Below are positions 1 to 9,235 of a stretch of DNA of 64,000 bases, piece after piece. The stretch is from the NCBI GenBank assembly GCA_965116925.1, contig OZ220744.1:4672001-4736000 (forward strand), given 5' to 3'. The stretch comes from Candidatus Poribacteria bacterium (GTDB lineage Bacteria > Poribacteria > WGA-4E > PCPOR2b). The stretch's first letter is position 1. The number at the start of each line of letters is the position of its first letter. The translations under genes and the position numbers were made by a program. Below the pieces are notes generated by a model. That model worked only from the letters and a program-made list of their open reading frames with translations. It did no database searches and was not told the origin of the DNA.

Positions 1-78
1 TCCTAACCTCGCCGATTTGCAGTGTCCAATTAATTCTAAAATCTACCATAGTACGAAAGACCCGATTAGCTTATACAA

Positions 79-1683
79 ATGTCCAAAATCGATACCCTCC
101 TCAAATTTATTGCCTATCAAAAGCAACACCCCCAAGCCAACGACAAAGAAATTGCCCAAGGGATTGGAATGTCAGCGCGACATGTCAGCCGGTGCAGAAA
201 AGAGGTGAACCTTCTCAAACACCAGTTGGCTGAACCAACCTTGCAACCGGGACAGATCCAATTTATATTGTCACTGCTGAACCGACGGGAACCGGATCAG
301 CAGGAGATTGCCCAACAGCTTCAAAAGCAGATGGGGGTCTCCTACACCGGAAGCCTTCGTGCCACGCGCCCCAATGAGGAGGCACCTGTTAGCTGGCTCG
401 AAATCGGCGAGTTGATTCCAGTTGAAATGGGGGCTTTAGACCGCTTGCACCCAGTACTAAGTTTCTGGCTGCAAAACCTGTGCTATGATCCCCTCCTGAT
501 GTCTCACCGAAATGGCGAAATCGAAGGACGGCTCGCAACAGGTTGCGAGGCGGTGCAAGGAAATTCGGAGTGGCATCTGACCTTGAGAAAAGACCTGCGT
601 TGGAACGATGGAAAACCGATTACCCTTGAAGAGGTGATCGCGGCGTTTGCTGCGAGCCGCATCGCGCCGATTATCGCAGAGATGAAACCGGATGGCAAGG
701 ACCAACTTCGAGTTCAACTTACTCAAGAGGACCCGTTCTTTCCACTTCGTCTGCGCAATATCTCCCCACTACCTTCCCACGCGTCCCAACCCTACCGTGT
801 GATCTCAGGTCCCTATCGACTGAAGTATTTCCGTCCGGATGCCATGACCTTTCGCTTTGAGCCGAATCCAGATTACTATCGTGAGGGAAATCCCCACATT
901 GATTGGTTGACCGTAAGGCGCTTCACACTACCCGCCAATGCGGTTAAGGCAGTTGAAAATGGGACACTGGATCTGCTTTTTGTCCCTTTTTATGCGATGC
1001 AGTCCCTCTACCAATTCCCAACGACGGTGCCTTGTCAACAGTGGCCCTTTTTTGAAGATAACTACTACGCCCTATTCCTCAACCGCTATCATGGACCTCT
1101 TTCGGACAAAAAGAACTGTAGGCTGCTTAAAGGAGCCATCGATTATCAGACAATCAACCTCTACCTGCGCATGGGACAGGTTGTTGAGGAAGAAAATCTC
1201 CCATCACTTCCTCACTCCCCTTTTGACATTCGGATTGCCTGCTCACGCGGCAGCTTTCGCTATTTGGCTCATCTCATCGGAAAGTCAGCGGGTTCTTCTG
1301 TGGTGAATCCTATCTCTGTCAAAGGGGAGATGCGGGAGGAGGCGGATGCCTTTTTAACGCAGTTCTTTTTCGGTTTTGGATACAGCAATCTTTCGCAATT
1401 CTTCCACTCCGACGGAGAACACAACTTTTTCGGCTACTCCAGTCCCCAAGTTGATGAGATGCTCTCTCAGCTCAACGGAATGTCGAACCCAAGCGCAAGA
1501 AGTAGGATTGGGCGGCAGGTATTGTCCCTCATACAGGAAGATTTCGCGGCGATCCTGTTGGCACCCTGCTTCCAATATACACTCTCGCCGTTAGAAATCC
1601 AGTTCGACGATAGCCTCACCGATACGATCGATCTGATTCAAAACATGAGCCAACTCACCGTGGAACGTCACCGGACCGGTTAG
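79..1683 (+). CDS. SgrR-like regulator: N-terminal HTH fused to a family-5 solute-binding domain, no signal peptide
   Basis: HTH-like NDKEIAQGIGMSARHVSRCRK; SBP_bac_5 motifs LRKDLRWNDGKPIT, SGPYRL, FEPNPDYY. Confidence 0.75.
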   Translation: MSKIDTLLKFIAYQKQHPQANDKEIAQGIGMSARHVSRCRKEVNLLKHQLAEPTLQPGQIQFILSLLNRREPDQQEIAQQLQKQMGVSYTGSLRATRPNEEAPVSWLEIGELIPVEMGALDRLHPVLSFWLQNLCYDPLLMSHRNGEIEGRLATGCEAVQGNSEWHLTLRKDLRWNDGKPITLEEVIAAFAASRIAPIIAEMKPDGKDQLRVQLTQEDPFFPLRLRNISPLPSHASQPYRVISGPYRLKYFRPDAMTFRFEPNPDYYREGNPHIDWLTVRRFTLPANAVKAVENGTLDLLFVPFYAMQSLYQFPTTVPCQQWPFFEDNYYALFLNRYHGPLSDKKNCRLLKGAIDYQTINLYLRMGQVVEEENLPSLPHSPFDIRIACSRGSFRYLAHLIGKSAGSSVVNPISVKGEMREEADAFLTQFFFGFGYSNLSQFFHSDGEHNFFGYSSPQVDEMLSQLNGMSNPSARSRIGRQVLSLIQEDFAAILLAPCFQYTLSPLEIQFDDSLTDTIDLIQNMSQLTVERHRTG

Positions 1684-1759
1684 TAATAGTTGCTAGCAAC
1701 ATTTACTAATAATCGGGCGAATCGCTTCAATGACTTTTTTAACATTTGCCGTTGAAAGC

Positions 1760-1797
1760 CTGATGCTGACTGACTTTGGAGCATCAGCGTTTTCTTT
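1760..1797 (+). terminator. Possible intrinsic terminator after the regulator
   Basis: CTGATGCT...AGCATCAG stem followed by CGTTTTCTTT. Confidence 0.4.
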
Positions 1798-1811
1798 GGC
1801 ACGGTAATTGC
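1797..1811 (+). promoter_or_regulatory. Sigma-54 (-24/-12) promoter for peptide gene 1
   Basis: TGGCAC-GGTAA-TTGC matches TGGCAC-N5-TTGC; similarity to the paralog leader starts at about 1825, near the expected TSS. Confidence 0.65.
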
Positions 1812-1912
1812 CCCTACTTGAGATTGTCCCGAATCAAAGATTCGGAAGAGTTCTATCTCTAACAGCAGAAGTAGATTGCTTGCTTCTGCAAATCCGAAAG
1901 GAGTTACTCATA

Positions 1913-2110
1913 ATGTTACGGAAAGCATTGATACTCGGAATGGTTTTCATTTTCGCACTGAGCCTATTGGCCGTGTCAATGATTACATGTTTTACCCATG
2001 AAGCAGAGGCACACGACTGGCAGCACCCGGGCGTTCACTGGAATTGCGGGGACGACGGGGTTTTCCACTTTGATCCAGGCTTCGCTGGCTGCACTTGGGA
2101 AACACATTAA
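1913..2110 (+). CDS. Small secreted His/Cys-rich peptide precursor (65 aa), copy 1
   Basis: GAAAGGAG RBS before ATG 1913; signal peptide ending EAEA; paralog at 7468. Confidence 0.85.
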   Translation: MLRKALILGMVFIFALSLLAVSMITCFTHEAEAHDWQHPGVHWNCGDDGVFHFDPGFAGCTWETH

Positions 2111-2122
2111 AATTGGGCCTCT

Positions 2123-2164
2123 TCGTTATGCTAAAAGCCTATGGCGAGGCTTTTAGCATAACGA
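2123..2164. terminator. 18-bp stem-loop after peptide gene 1
   Basis: TCGTTATGCTAAAAGCCT-ATGGCG-AGGCTTTTAGCATAACGA; conserved at 7710-7751. Confidence 0.6.
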
Positions 2165-2622
2165 CCTACCTGCTTTACCATCTGTTTGGTCCTAATTTGC
2201 TTGGTCCTAAGTACCTTGATTTCATCCAATGAATGCGGGGTTCTATACATTTCTCAAGCGTCCACAAATGTAGGCCGGCATTGAGCAGAAGCCGAGTCAA
2301 AAGGGCACCAACAGACTCCAGAAACCTTTTGACCGCAAAAGAGGCGAAATTCGCTCATTTTGCCCCTTTTTGCCTCATTGCTGAAAAGTTGGATCCCTGT
2401 CGTAGCAAGGGTGGAAAAGGTTCGCTGTGGAAATCTTGACCCTTTGAGATTGCTTGATAATGCACCGGCACTGGGTTGATTAGCCTTTGACAGATCAATA
2501 ACACCCTTACTTGCTTGGACAAAAATTAGGTATTTACAAATGACTCTAGATGAACACTCCTCCCCGTAATGAAGCGATTACGTTGCCTTCCTACTCCGAA
2601 GGAGGGCAACATTTGAAAAGAG

Positions 2623-2780
2623 TAGGACTTACACGTTTTAGTAGGGAACAACAATTGTCGTTCCCTACAGACATCTTATAGGGCCTCTGCTGTAGTTGCT
2701 CGTTTCTTAATCCCGATGTATCGGGGCGGCGATAAATCCCCGAACTACAAAACCTTGAGCGTTCAACTGCGTCAGTCCTA
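2623..2780. mobile_element. MITE family A copy carrying REP-like hairpins
   Basis: TAGGACTTACAC...TGCGTCAGTCCTA ends, AAGAG on both flanks, internal GTAGGGAAC...GTTCCCTAC. Confidence 0.65.
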
Positions 2781-2986
2781 AAGAGAATAGAATGAACAAA
2801 AGGTTAGCGAAAAACATCCTCCAAACGATTGGTGGTGTTCTCGCGCTAATAGCTTTTCAGAAAATATTTGCTAATTACGGATTATGAAGAAGGCATGAAG
2901 CGGATATTGGCAAAGCAGATACAGCAAATCCTTGAACGAGAAAAACAACCTAATCTAACCTCTACTGTTGCACAATCCACCTCCCA

Positions 2987-4690
2987 ATGAAACCGTTCTC
3001 CCAGAAAACTTCCTCAATTTTTTTTGCCGTGTGTTTATTCGTTGTTGCAAGTGCATCTCGATTGTTCTCTCTGGGGGCACACTGGACCTCTGATGAGGTT
3101 GGGTGGCTAGACCATAGTACGGTGTTTATGGCCGCAGTCGAGATGGGTGCCTTTTCAGAAACTCTGGTCACTTTTCATCCCGGTGTCATAACGATATGGC
3201 TTGCTGCCCTCCGCACCTTTTTTACCGAACCGCATATAAGTGTTCAAGGTTTAGCGTTAGCCCGGTGGTTCATCGGTGTCGCCCTGTTAAGCGGAATTGG
3301 TGTAGCAGCGATGCTGCTGTATCGATTGCTTGGACGTTGGGTTGCGGTCATCGGTGCGACGTTTCTGTCCTTCTCTCCACTCTTTTTAGCCCAATCCCGT
3401 CGCGTCCACACCGATGCCTTGGCGTCGATGTTTGTCCTGTTGACAGTCCTATCCCTCCTACTCTATTGTGGGGCACCCCAAAAACGCCGTTACCTTATCG
3501 GTTCTGGAATTGCATTCGGTCTAGCCTGCCTTGCCAAAAGCAACTCCCTTATTCTGCTCTTGTGGCTGCCTATCTGCTTCGTCCTGTTTCGGAATCGGGA
3601 GGAGACGTGGCGGCAGTTCTTTCTCCGGGGGCTTGGAGGGTGCCTCTGTTTCCTGAGTTGCACGCTACTCACCGTTTTCGCGCTGTGGCCCCTCTTTTGG
3701 AATCCCGTCTTTCTGATGTTTGGGGTGTGTCTGTTAGGTGTCACGCTGCTTGCGGATCGGGAGTTACAGAAAGGGGCACATGGACGACTCACCCTATATT
3801 TGGTATCGGTGGTGGTGGTAGGTGTGGTATCCGGCTATATGGTCCGAACCGTATGGCGGGTGTTCGATGGCGTTGCGTGGGCGATTACCACACCGCATAA
3901 CGTCGAACACTTCTTCCTCGGACAGGTGTTATATGACCCCGGCTGGCTCTTCTACCCGTTGGTGCTCTGTACAGAGACCACGCCGTTAACCCTTCCCTTA
4001 GTATTCGCTGGGTGTCTCTTTCTGTGGAGGAAACGCCATCAGGAAGGGTATGCGCGACAGTTTCGGATAGCACTCGCGTTGGTGGCGGTTGTCCTACTGT
4101 TCACCCTCTGTCTCTCGCTGACAAGCAAAAAGTTTAGTCGATATCTGCTACCCGCTTTCCCAATTCTGGAGATACTTGCCGCCATCGGCTTTTTTGAGTT
4201 TCTTAAATGGGGTTACTCCTATATCGACTCCCGTTTTGGGACCGAGACAAACTCCCAAAAACTCACCTTTTCTATCGTGACCCTCCTCTGTCTCTTCCTG
4301 ATCCAAATCCTGCCGGTCCTACGGCTTCACCCCTACTACGGCACCTACTACAACCTCTGCTTCAAACTCACTGATATCAGAAAAATTATCACAGTTGGCG
4401 CAGGTGCGGGGTATGATCTTGCGGCAAAATACCTAAATAGGAAGCCAAATGCACAAGCGCTACGGGTTCACACCTTTCCACCAAGTGCCCAATTCTTTTA
4501 TCAATACTTTATTGGACAGTCCTCCTGGTCCGAATCAGGTGAAGTGGCCGTCCCAGATTATGAGGTGGTCCATCTCCGCGAATCCCAAGCGGGATGGGTG
4601 CCGCAAACGGGAACGCTCAACGGACAGCTAGAACACGTGATAACCCTCAACGGCATTGACTATGTTTGGATTTATAGGATACCACGATAG
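2987..4690 (+). CDS. GT39/ArnT-PMT-like membrane glycosyltransferase
   Basis: N-terminal TSDE acidic motif, HPG, many TM segments, RYLLP motif. Confidence 0.75.
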   Translation: MKPFSQKTSSIFFAVCLFVVASASRLFSLGAHWTSDEVGWLDHSTVFMAAVEMGAFSETLVTFHPGVITIWLAALRTFFTEPHISVQGLALARWFIGVALLSGIGVAAMLLYRLLGRWVAVIGATFLSFSPLFLAQSRRVHTDALASMFVLLTVLSLLLYCGAPQKRRYLIGSGIAFGLACLAKSNSLILLLWLPICFVLFRNREETWRQFFLRGLGGCLCFLSCTLLTVFALWPLFWNPVFLMFGVCLLGVTLLADRELQKGAHGRLTLYLVSVVVVGVVSGYMVRTVWRVFDGVAWAITTPHNVEHFFLGQVLYDPGWLFYPLVLCTETTPLTLPLVFAGCLFLWRKRHQEGYARQFRIALALVAVVLLFTLCLSLTSKKFSRYLLPAFPILEILAAIGFFEFLKWGYSYIDSRFGTETNSQKLTFSIVTLLCLFLIQILPVLRLHPYYGTYYNLCFKLTDIRKIITVGAGAGYDLAAKYLNRKPNAQALRVHTFPPSAQFFYQYFIGQSSWSESGEVAVPDYEVVHLRESQAGWVPQTGTLNGQLEHVITLNGIDYVWIYRIPR

Positions 4691-4879
4691 GCTGAATGGG
4701 GAGGTAAAATAGCCTATATAAGTTGATTTCTAACGAGCACAAAATTATTGTCTGAATCGCGGATTAACCAGATGACGCGGATTGCGCGGATTCATGTATG
4801 AATCAAGATTTAAGGATTTACAGGATACTCCTCAGCCCCTGAACTAATGTTAGGAGCGTTGAGGATTCGCTAGGTAAAT

Positions 4880-4907
4880 GTAGGGAACGCAGATCTGCGT
4901 TCCCTAC
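4880..4907. repeat. GTAG-type REP palindrome
   Basis: GTAGGGAACGCAGATCTGCGTTCCCTAC, identical copy at 49327-49354, variant at 2641-2668. Confidence 0.8.
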
Positions 4908-5086
4908 GATGCCCCAAAAGGGTAGGCGTATCAGGAGAAGGATTTCCGCAGCCCAAACCCACAGTGGGAGAGGCTGCCTCGCCTCAATGTATACGCTATC
5001 GGTCTCATTAGCGATTCAGACACGTGCCACATGTCGCCCCGCTGGGGCTAAATGAACCAACGACCCTGTTCCCATTTTCACCCATT

Positions 5087-5164
5087 GGCTCATGTTAAGA
5101 AATCGTGCAACAGGGATCTGGGATGGAAGAAAGAAACCGAGTTTTCAAGAAAAAACTCGGTTTC
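5087..5164. mobile_element. Partial MITE family B
   Basis: GGCTCATGTTAAGAAATCGTGCAA end plus GAAACCGAGTTTT...AAAACTCGGTTTC hairpin. Confidence 0.55.
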
Positions 5165-5190
5165 AAACCTCAAATACCTAAAAACCTACG

Positions 5191-5973
5191 ATGAATCTGA
5201 TTAAACTCCTATCTACCGATTTTTTCACCGGTCAAATCTTGTTCTCAGGGAAGGGGTTGCTCGATATCCTGTGGTTTCTCATCCGCAACCCCCAAGTAAA
5301 GTCTCTAAGACTCGCTGTGCTCATCCTGCAGCTGATCCCCAAATATACAAAGGTGTCGGTGAAGCGACTGATAAATCTCTACCGCTTGACACAAAAGGTA
5401 AACAAACTGAGATTACCCGGAGATATAGTCGAGTGTGGGGTGTGGAATGGCGGATCTGCCGCCATGATGGGGGTAGCGGACCGAGACGATGAAACCTCCG
5501 GCAAAGTCAGGAAGTTATGGCTATTTGATTCGTTTCGTGGGCTGCCACCGCCAAGCAACAGAGACGGAAAACAGGCAAGGGAAACCTATTTTCAAGGGTG
5601 GTGTCACGGTGAGACGGAGAAGGTTAAACAAATTTTCCGGCGATTTCGGCTCTCGTTACAGCATATCAACATTGTTCCCGGGTGGTTTGATGAAACATTG
5701 CAGACAGCAGATCTTCAAACCATCGCTCTCCTGCATATTGACGCCGATTGGTATGCGTCGGTCAAGATAGTTTTAGAAACCTTATATGATAAAGTGGTTG
5801 AAGGCGGGTTTGTTGTCTTGGATGATTATTGGAGATGGCCCGGATGCCGTGAGGCGGTAACAGATTATCTCAAAGAACATCAGATTCAAGGGGTAGTATT
5901 AAAAAAAGCGGACCTACACGGCGTTTATTTTCAAAAACCGCACCGATGCAGAGGAGAAACAGTCGATAATTGA
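5191..5973 (+). CDS. TylF/MycF/NovP-family O-methyltransferase
   Basis: GDIVECGVWNGGS, FDSFRGLP, GWFDETL, LHIDADWY, DDY motifs. Confidence 0.9.
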   Translation: MNLIKLLSTDFFTGQILFSGKGLLDILWFLIRNPQVKSLRLAVLILQLIPKYTKVSVKRLINLYRLTQKVNKLRLPGDIVECGVWNGGSAAMMGVADRDDETSGKVRKLWLFDSFRGLPPPSNRDGKQARETYFQGWCHGETEKVKQIFRRFRLSLQHINIVPGWFDETLQTADLQTIALLHIDADWYASVKIVLETLYDKVVEGGFVVLDDYWRWPGCREAVTDYLKEHQIQGVVLKKADLHGVYFQKPHRCRGETVDN

Positions 5974-5975
5974 TG

Positions 5976-6992
5976 TTATCGGTCGATCTGTTTGAGCCGT
6001 CCCCACATTGTAAACTTTTTGCCAGAGGAAGAGACCGAAAAAGGAGAGTTAAACCATGCAGGATTAATGTCATCATGATGGGGATTATTGGTGAGGTTTT
6101 GAAGATTCTTACCATTGACGTTCATCACGTAGATTTCTGCGCCCCCCTTCCTGTAGGACGCGAAGGCAATCCGTTTACCATCAGGGGACCATGAGGGATC
6201 TCTGTCATTCTGGCGATTTTTTGTGAGTCTTCGTTCATTCTGTCCATCGGCATCCATCACGTAGATTTCAAAGTTTTGAAGTTCCCCCTTTCCATCAGAC
6301 GCGAAGACAATCCGTTTACCGTCCGGTGACCATGAGGGATACCAGTCATTCTTTCGATTTTCAGTAAGTCTTTGTTCATTCCCCCCATCGGCGTCCATTA
6401 CGTAGATTTCATAAGTGATTCCAAATTTGTTTTCAAAGTGCCCATCTCTACGGGCACTGAAGACAATGCGTTCACCGTCGGGGGACCATGAGGGATGCCT
6501 GTCATCATCACCATCGGGATTTTTAGTGAGTCTTTGTTCATTTTGCCTATCGGCATCCATCACGTAGATTTCATAGTTAAAACGCCCATCCCTATCAGAC
6601 GTGAAAGCAATCCGTTTACCGTCGGGGGACCATGAGGGATCCCACTCATGCCCGGGATTTTCAGTAAGTCTCTGCTGATTATCCCCATCGGCGTCCATCA
6701 CGTAGACTTCATAAGTGATTATAAGACCGTGTCTAAAGCCATCTCTATTAGAAAGAAAAACAATGCGCTTGCCGTCGGGAGACCATGAGGGGTCCCTATC
6801 ATCGGAAGGATTGTTAGAGAGGTTTTGCTGATTCTCCCCATCAACATCCATCACGTAAATTTCCCAGTTCCCATCCCTCTTAGACGAGAAGGCAATTTGT
6901 GCCTGTGAGTCAACGCATACCATCAGCGGCGTTAGACCCAACACTACAACGATAGCTAAAACCAAATGTCCGAGATTGTCCCTTCGGTGCAT
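5976..6992 (-). CDS. Secreted TolB-like PD40 six-bladed beta-propeller, paralog 1
   Basis: Signal peptide, five PSWSPDG repeats plus closing PAWF blade, tail GKKFTMWGRLKQ. Confidence 0.9.
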   Translation of the reverse strand: MHRRDNLGHLVLAIVVVLGLTPLMVCVDSQAQIAFSSKRDGNWEIYVMDVDGENQQNLSNNPSDDRDPSWSPDGKRIVFLSNRDGFRHGLIITYEVYVMDADGDNQQRLTENPGHEWDPSWSPDGKRIAFTSDRDGRFNYEIYVMDADRQNEQRLTKNPDGDDDRHPSWSPDGERIVFSARRDGHFENKFGITYEIYVMDADGGNEQRLTENRKNDWYPSWSPDGKRIVFASDGKGELQNFEIYVMDADGQNERRLTKNRQNDRDPSWSPDGKRIAFASYRKGGAEIYVMNVNGKNLQNLTNNPHHDDINPAWFNSPFSVSSSGKKFTMWGRLKQIDR

Positions 6993-7221
6993 CTGTTATT
7001 CCTCCTCTGTTTTCAAATCGTATTTTTTATCCTTTGGGGTTGATAGAGATAAGCTCGTGTTGGCAATTCTTTCCAATTAAAGGGTGGCGTGTGCATAAAT
7101 ATATCTTTTATTACAAACTATTTGAGTAATTTATGCAAAACTGTACCAAAATAAGGCATCAAACAAACAAAATCACTAACATATTCCACCGCGAAACATT
7201 ATGCACGCCCCTCAATTATGA

Positions 7222-7337
7222 AGTATATCAACCAATAACCTTAAAATGCCAGCTAAATTTAAGGGGACTGGACATATTATGTCATAACTCTCCCAAAAGT
7301 GACTTGAATTGTTATCGGTTGGCTGGTATTTTATAAT
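7222..7337. promoter_or_regulatory. Divergent promoter region between propeller 1 and peptide 2
   Basis: Minus-strand extended -10 TGATATACT; plus-strand TTGTTA-17-TATAAT (7309-7337); GACATA-T-TATGTC palindrome (7271-7283); homologous to 10551-10640. Confidence 0.6.
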
Positions 7338-7467
7338 TGTAACGGGGCAGATAAATTCGTGAACTGTAAAAGTTGTTCATGCCTGTCCCGAAATTGGAAG
7401 ATTTAGAAGTTCTATCTCTAGCAGCAGAAACCGATTACTTCTGCAAATCTGAAAGGAGTTAACCATA

Positions 7468-7683
7468 ATGTTAAGAAAAGCATTGACCCTCGGAACGGTT
7501 TTCATTTTAGCACTAAGCCTGTTGGCTGTGTCAATGATTACATGTTTTACCTATGACTCAGAGGCAGACCCTGGGCACGCAGGCGATCACTGGGATTGCG
7601 GGGACGCCGGGATTTTCCACCATGATCCAGGCCCGCCCTTGGACTGCACATTTATCCCCGGTGGCCATGTTACTGGAGAATAG
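7468..7683 (+). CDS. Small secreted His/Cys-rich peptide precursor (71 aa), copy 2
   Basis: GAAAGGAG RBS; signal peptide near-identical to copy 1; shared HxGxHWxCGDxGxFHxDPG..CT core. Confidence 0.85.
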   Translation: MLRKALTLGTVFILALSLLAVSMITCFTYDSEADPGHAGDHWDCGDAGIFHHDPGPPLDCTFIPGGHVTGE

Positions 7684-7709
7684 ACTTCAGTGGTGCAAAT
7701 CAGGCACCT

Positions 7710-7751
7710 TCGTTATGCTAAAAGTCTTGTCATAGGCTTTTAGCATAACGA
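7710..7751. terminator. 18-bp stem-loop after peptide gene 2
   Basis: Same stem as 2123-2164 with one G-U pair and a different loop. Confidence 0.6.
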
Positions 7752-8168
7752 CCTACCTGCTTCGCTGGCTGTTTGGTTCTAAGTGGAGTATACGCCAGCC
7801 TATTTACAAATGACCTTAGGTGAGTGTTCCTCCTCTGTTCTCAAATCGGTTTTCTATTCTTTAGGGTTGATACAGGTCAACTTGTTTAGGCAACCCCTTT
7901 CCAATTAAGTCCCGCCTCTGTTGTCTCGTTTAAGAACGGACGGAATAGTTGATTCCTCCGATTTATGCCGATTTATCAAGCAGCCTTGACAAGTCCCGAT
8001 TCTCGGGATGCTCGGAACGGACCTGGAACGGCTTGGTAATGTCTCGATTAGATCGGAACAAATCAAGTCGGAAGTGGCAATTCAGATCATTATCACATGG
8101 AGTCTTCCGACCCTTCTTTGACGTTTATGACCCAACCTCAACAAACATTGTTTTCTCAATAATGGCAA

Positions 8169-9194
8169 TTATTGGTCGACCTGTTTGAGCTGTCCCCATA
8201 TTGTAAACTGTTTGTCGACAGAAGAAACCGACAACGGAGAGTTAAACCATGCAGCATTAATGTCATCATGGCGATTATTGGTGAGGTTCTGCTGATTTCC
8301 ACCATCAGCGTCCATCACGTAGATTTCACGGTTTCCATCTCTATCAGACGAGAAGGCAATCCGTTCACCGTCAGGGGACCAGGAGGGAAACCTGTCATGA
8401 ACGCGATTTTCAGTGAGTTTTTGTTGATTCCCCCCATCAGCGTCCATCACGTAGATTTCAATGTTTACAAGGTCCCCCTTCCTATCAGACGCGAAGGTAA
8501 TTCGCTTACCATCGGGGGACCATGAGGGACCCCAGTCATTCTTTCGATTTTCAGTGAGTCTTTGTTGATTTCCACCATCGGCGTTCATCACGTAGATTTC
8601 ATAAGTGACTGCAAACTTGGTTTCAAAGTGCCCCTCCCTACGGGCACCGAAGACAATGCGTTGACCATCAGGGGACCATGAGGGATGCCTATCATCAAAA
8701 AAGGGACTGTCAGTGAGTCTTTGTTGATTCTCCCCATCGGCGTCCATCACGTAGATTTCAAGAGATTGAGGGATCTTCCCATTAAACGCGACTCTACTAG
8801 ACGCGAAGGCAATCCGTTTACCGTCAGGGGACCATGAGGGATATCTGTCATCATTGCGATCCTTAGTGAGGTTTTGAGGGTTGCCCCCATCGGCGTCCAT
8901 CACGTAGATTTCAGAAGTGAGTCTACCATCTATAGCGTGCCCATCCCTATTAGAGAAAAAGGCAATGCGCTTGCCATCCGGAGACCAAGAGGGGTCCCTA
9001 TCATTAGAGGGATTGTTAGTGAGGTTTTGTTGATTCCCCCCATCGGCATCCATCACGTAAATTTCCCAGTTCCCATCCCTATCAGACGAGAAGGCAATCC
9101 GTGCTTGTGCGTCAACGCATACCATTAGCAGCGTCAGGCCCAAAACTATAACACCAGCTAAAATGAGGTGTGCAAGATTCTTCCTTCGGTGCAT
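8169..9194 (-). CDS. Secreted TolB-like PD40 beta-propeller, paralog 2
   Basis: Signal peptide, five PSWSPDG repeats, tail DKQFTIWGQLKQ. Confidence 0.9.
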   Translation of the reverse strand: MHRRKNLAHLILAGVIVLGLTLLMVCVDAQARIAFSSDRDGNWEIYVMDADGGNQQNLTNNPSNDRDPSWSPDGKRIAFFSNRDGHAIDGRLTSEIYVMDADGGNPQNLTKDRNDDRYPSWSPDGKRIAFASSRVAFNGKIPQSLEIYVMDADGENQQRLTDSPFFDDRHPSWSPDGQRIVFGARREGHFETKFAVTYEIYVMNADGGNQQRLTENRKNDWGPSWSPDGKRITFASDRKGDLVNIEIYVMDADGGNQQKLTENRVHDRFPSWSPDGERIAFSSDRDGNREIYVMDADGGNQQNLTNNRHDDINAAWFNSPLSVSSVDKQFTIWGQLKQVDQ

Positions 9195-9235
9195 CTGTTA
9201 TTCCTCCTCTGTTTTCAAATCGCTTTATTATTCTT

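Noticed and set aside
1808..1912. 100-aa version of peptide 1 starting at TTG 1808
   Set aside because: That TTG is inside the sigma-54 -12 box; the RBS and the paralog support ATG 1913.
2196..2530. Insert absent from the peptide 2 locus, containing ORF 2233-2439; possible IS remnant
   Set aside because: No RBS, no recognisable transposase sequence and only weak inverted ends, so it cannot be classified.
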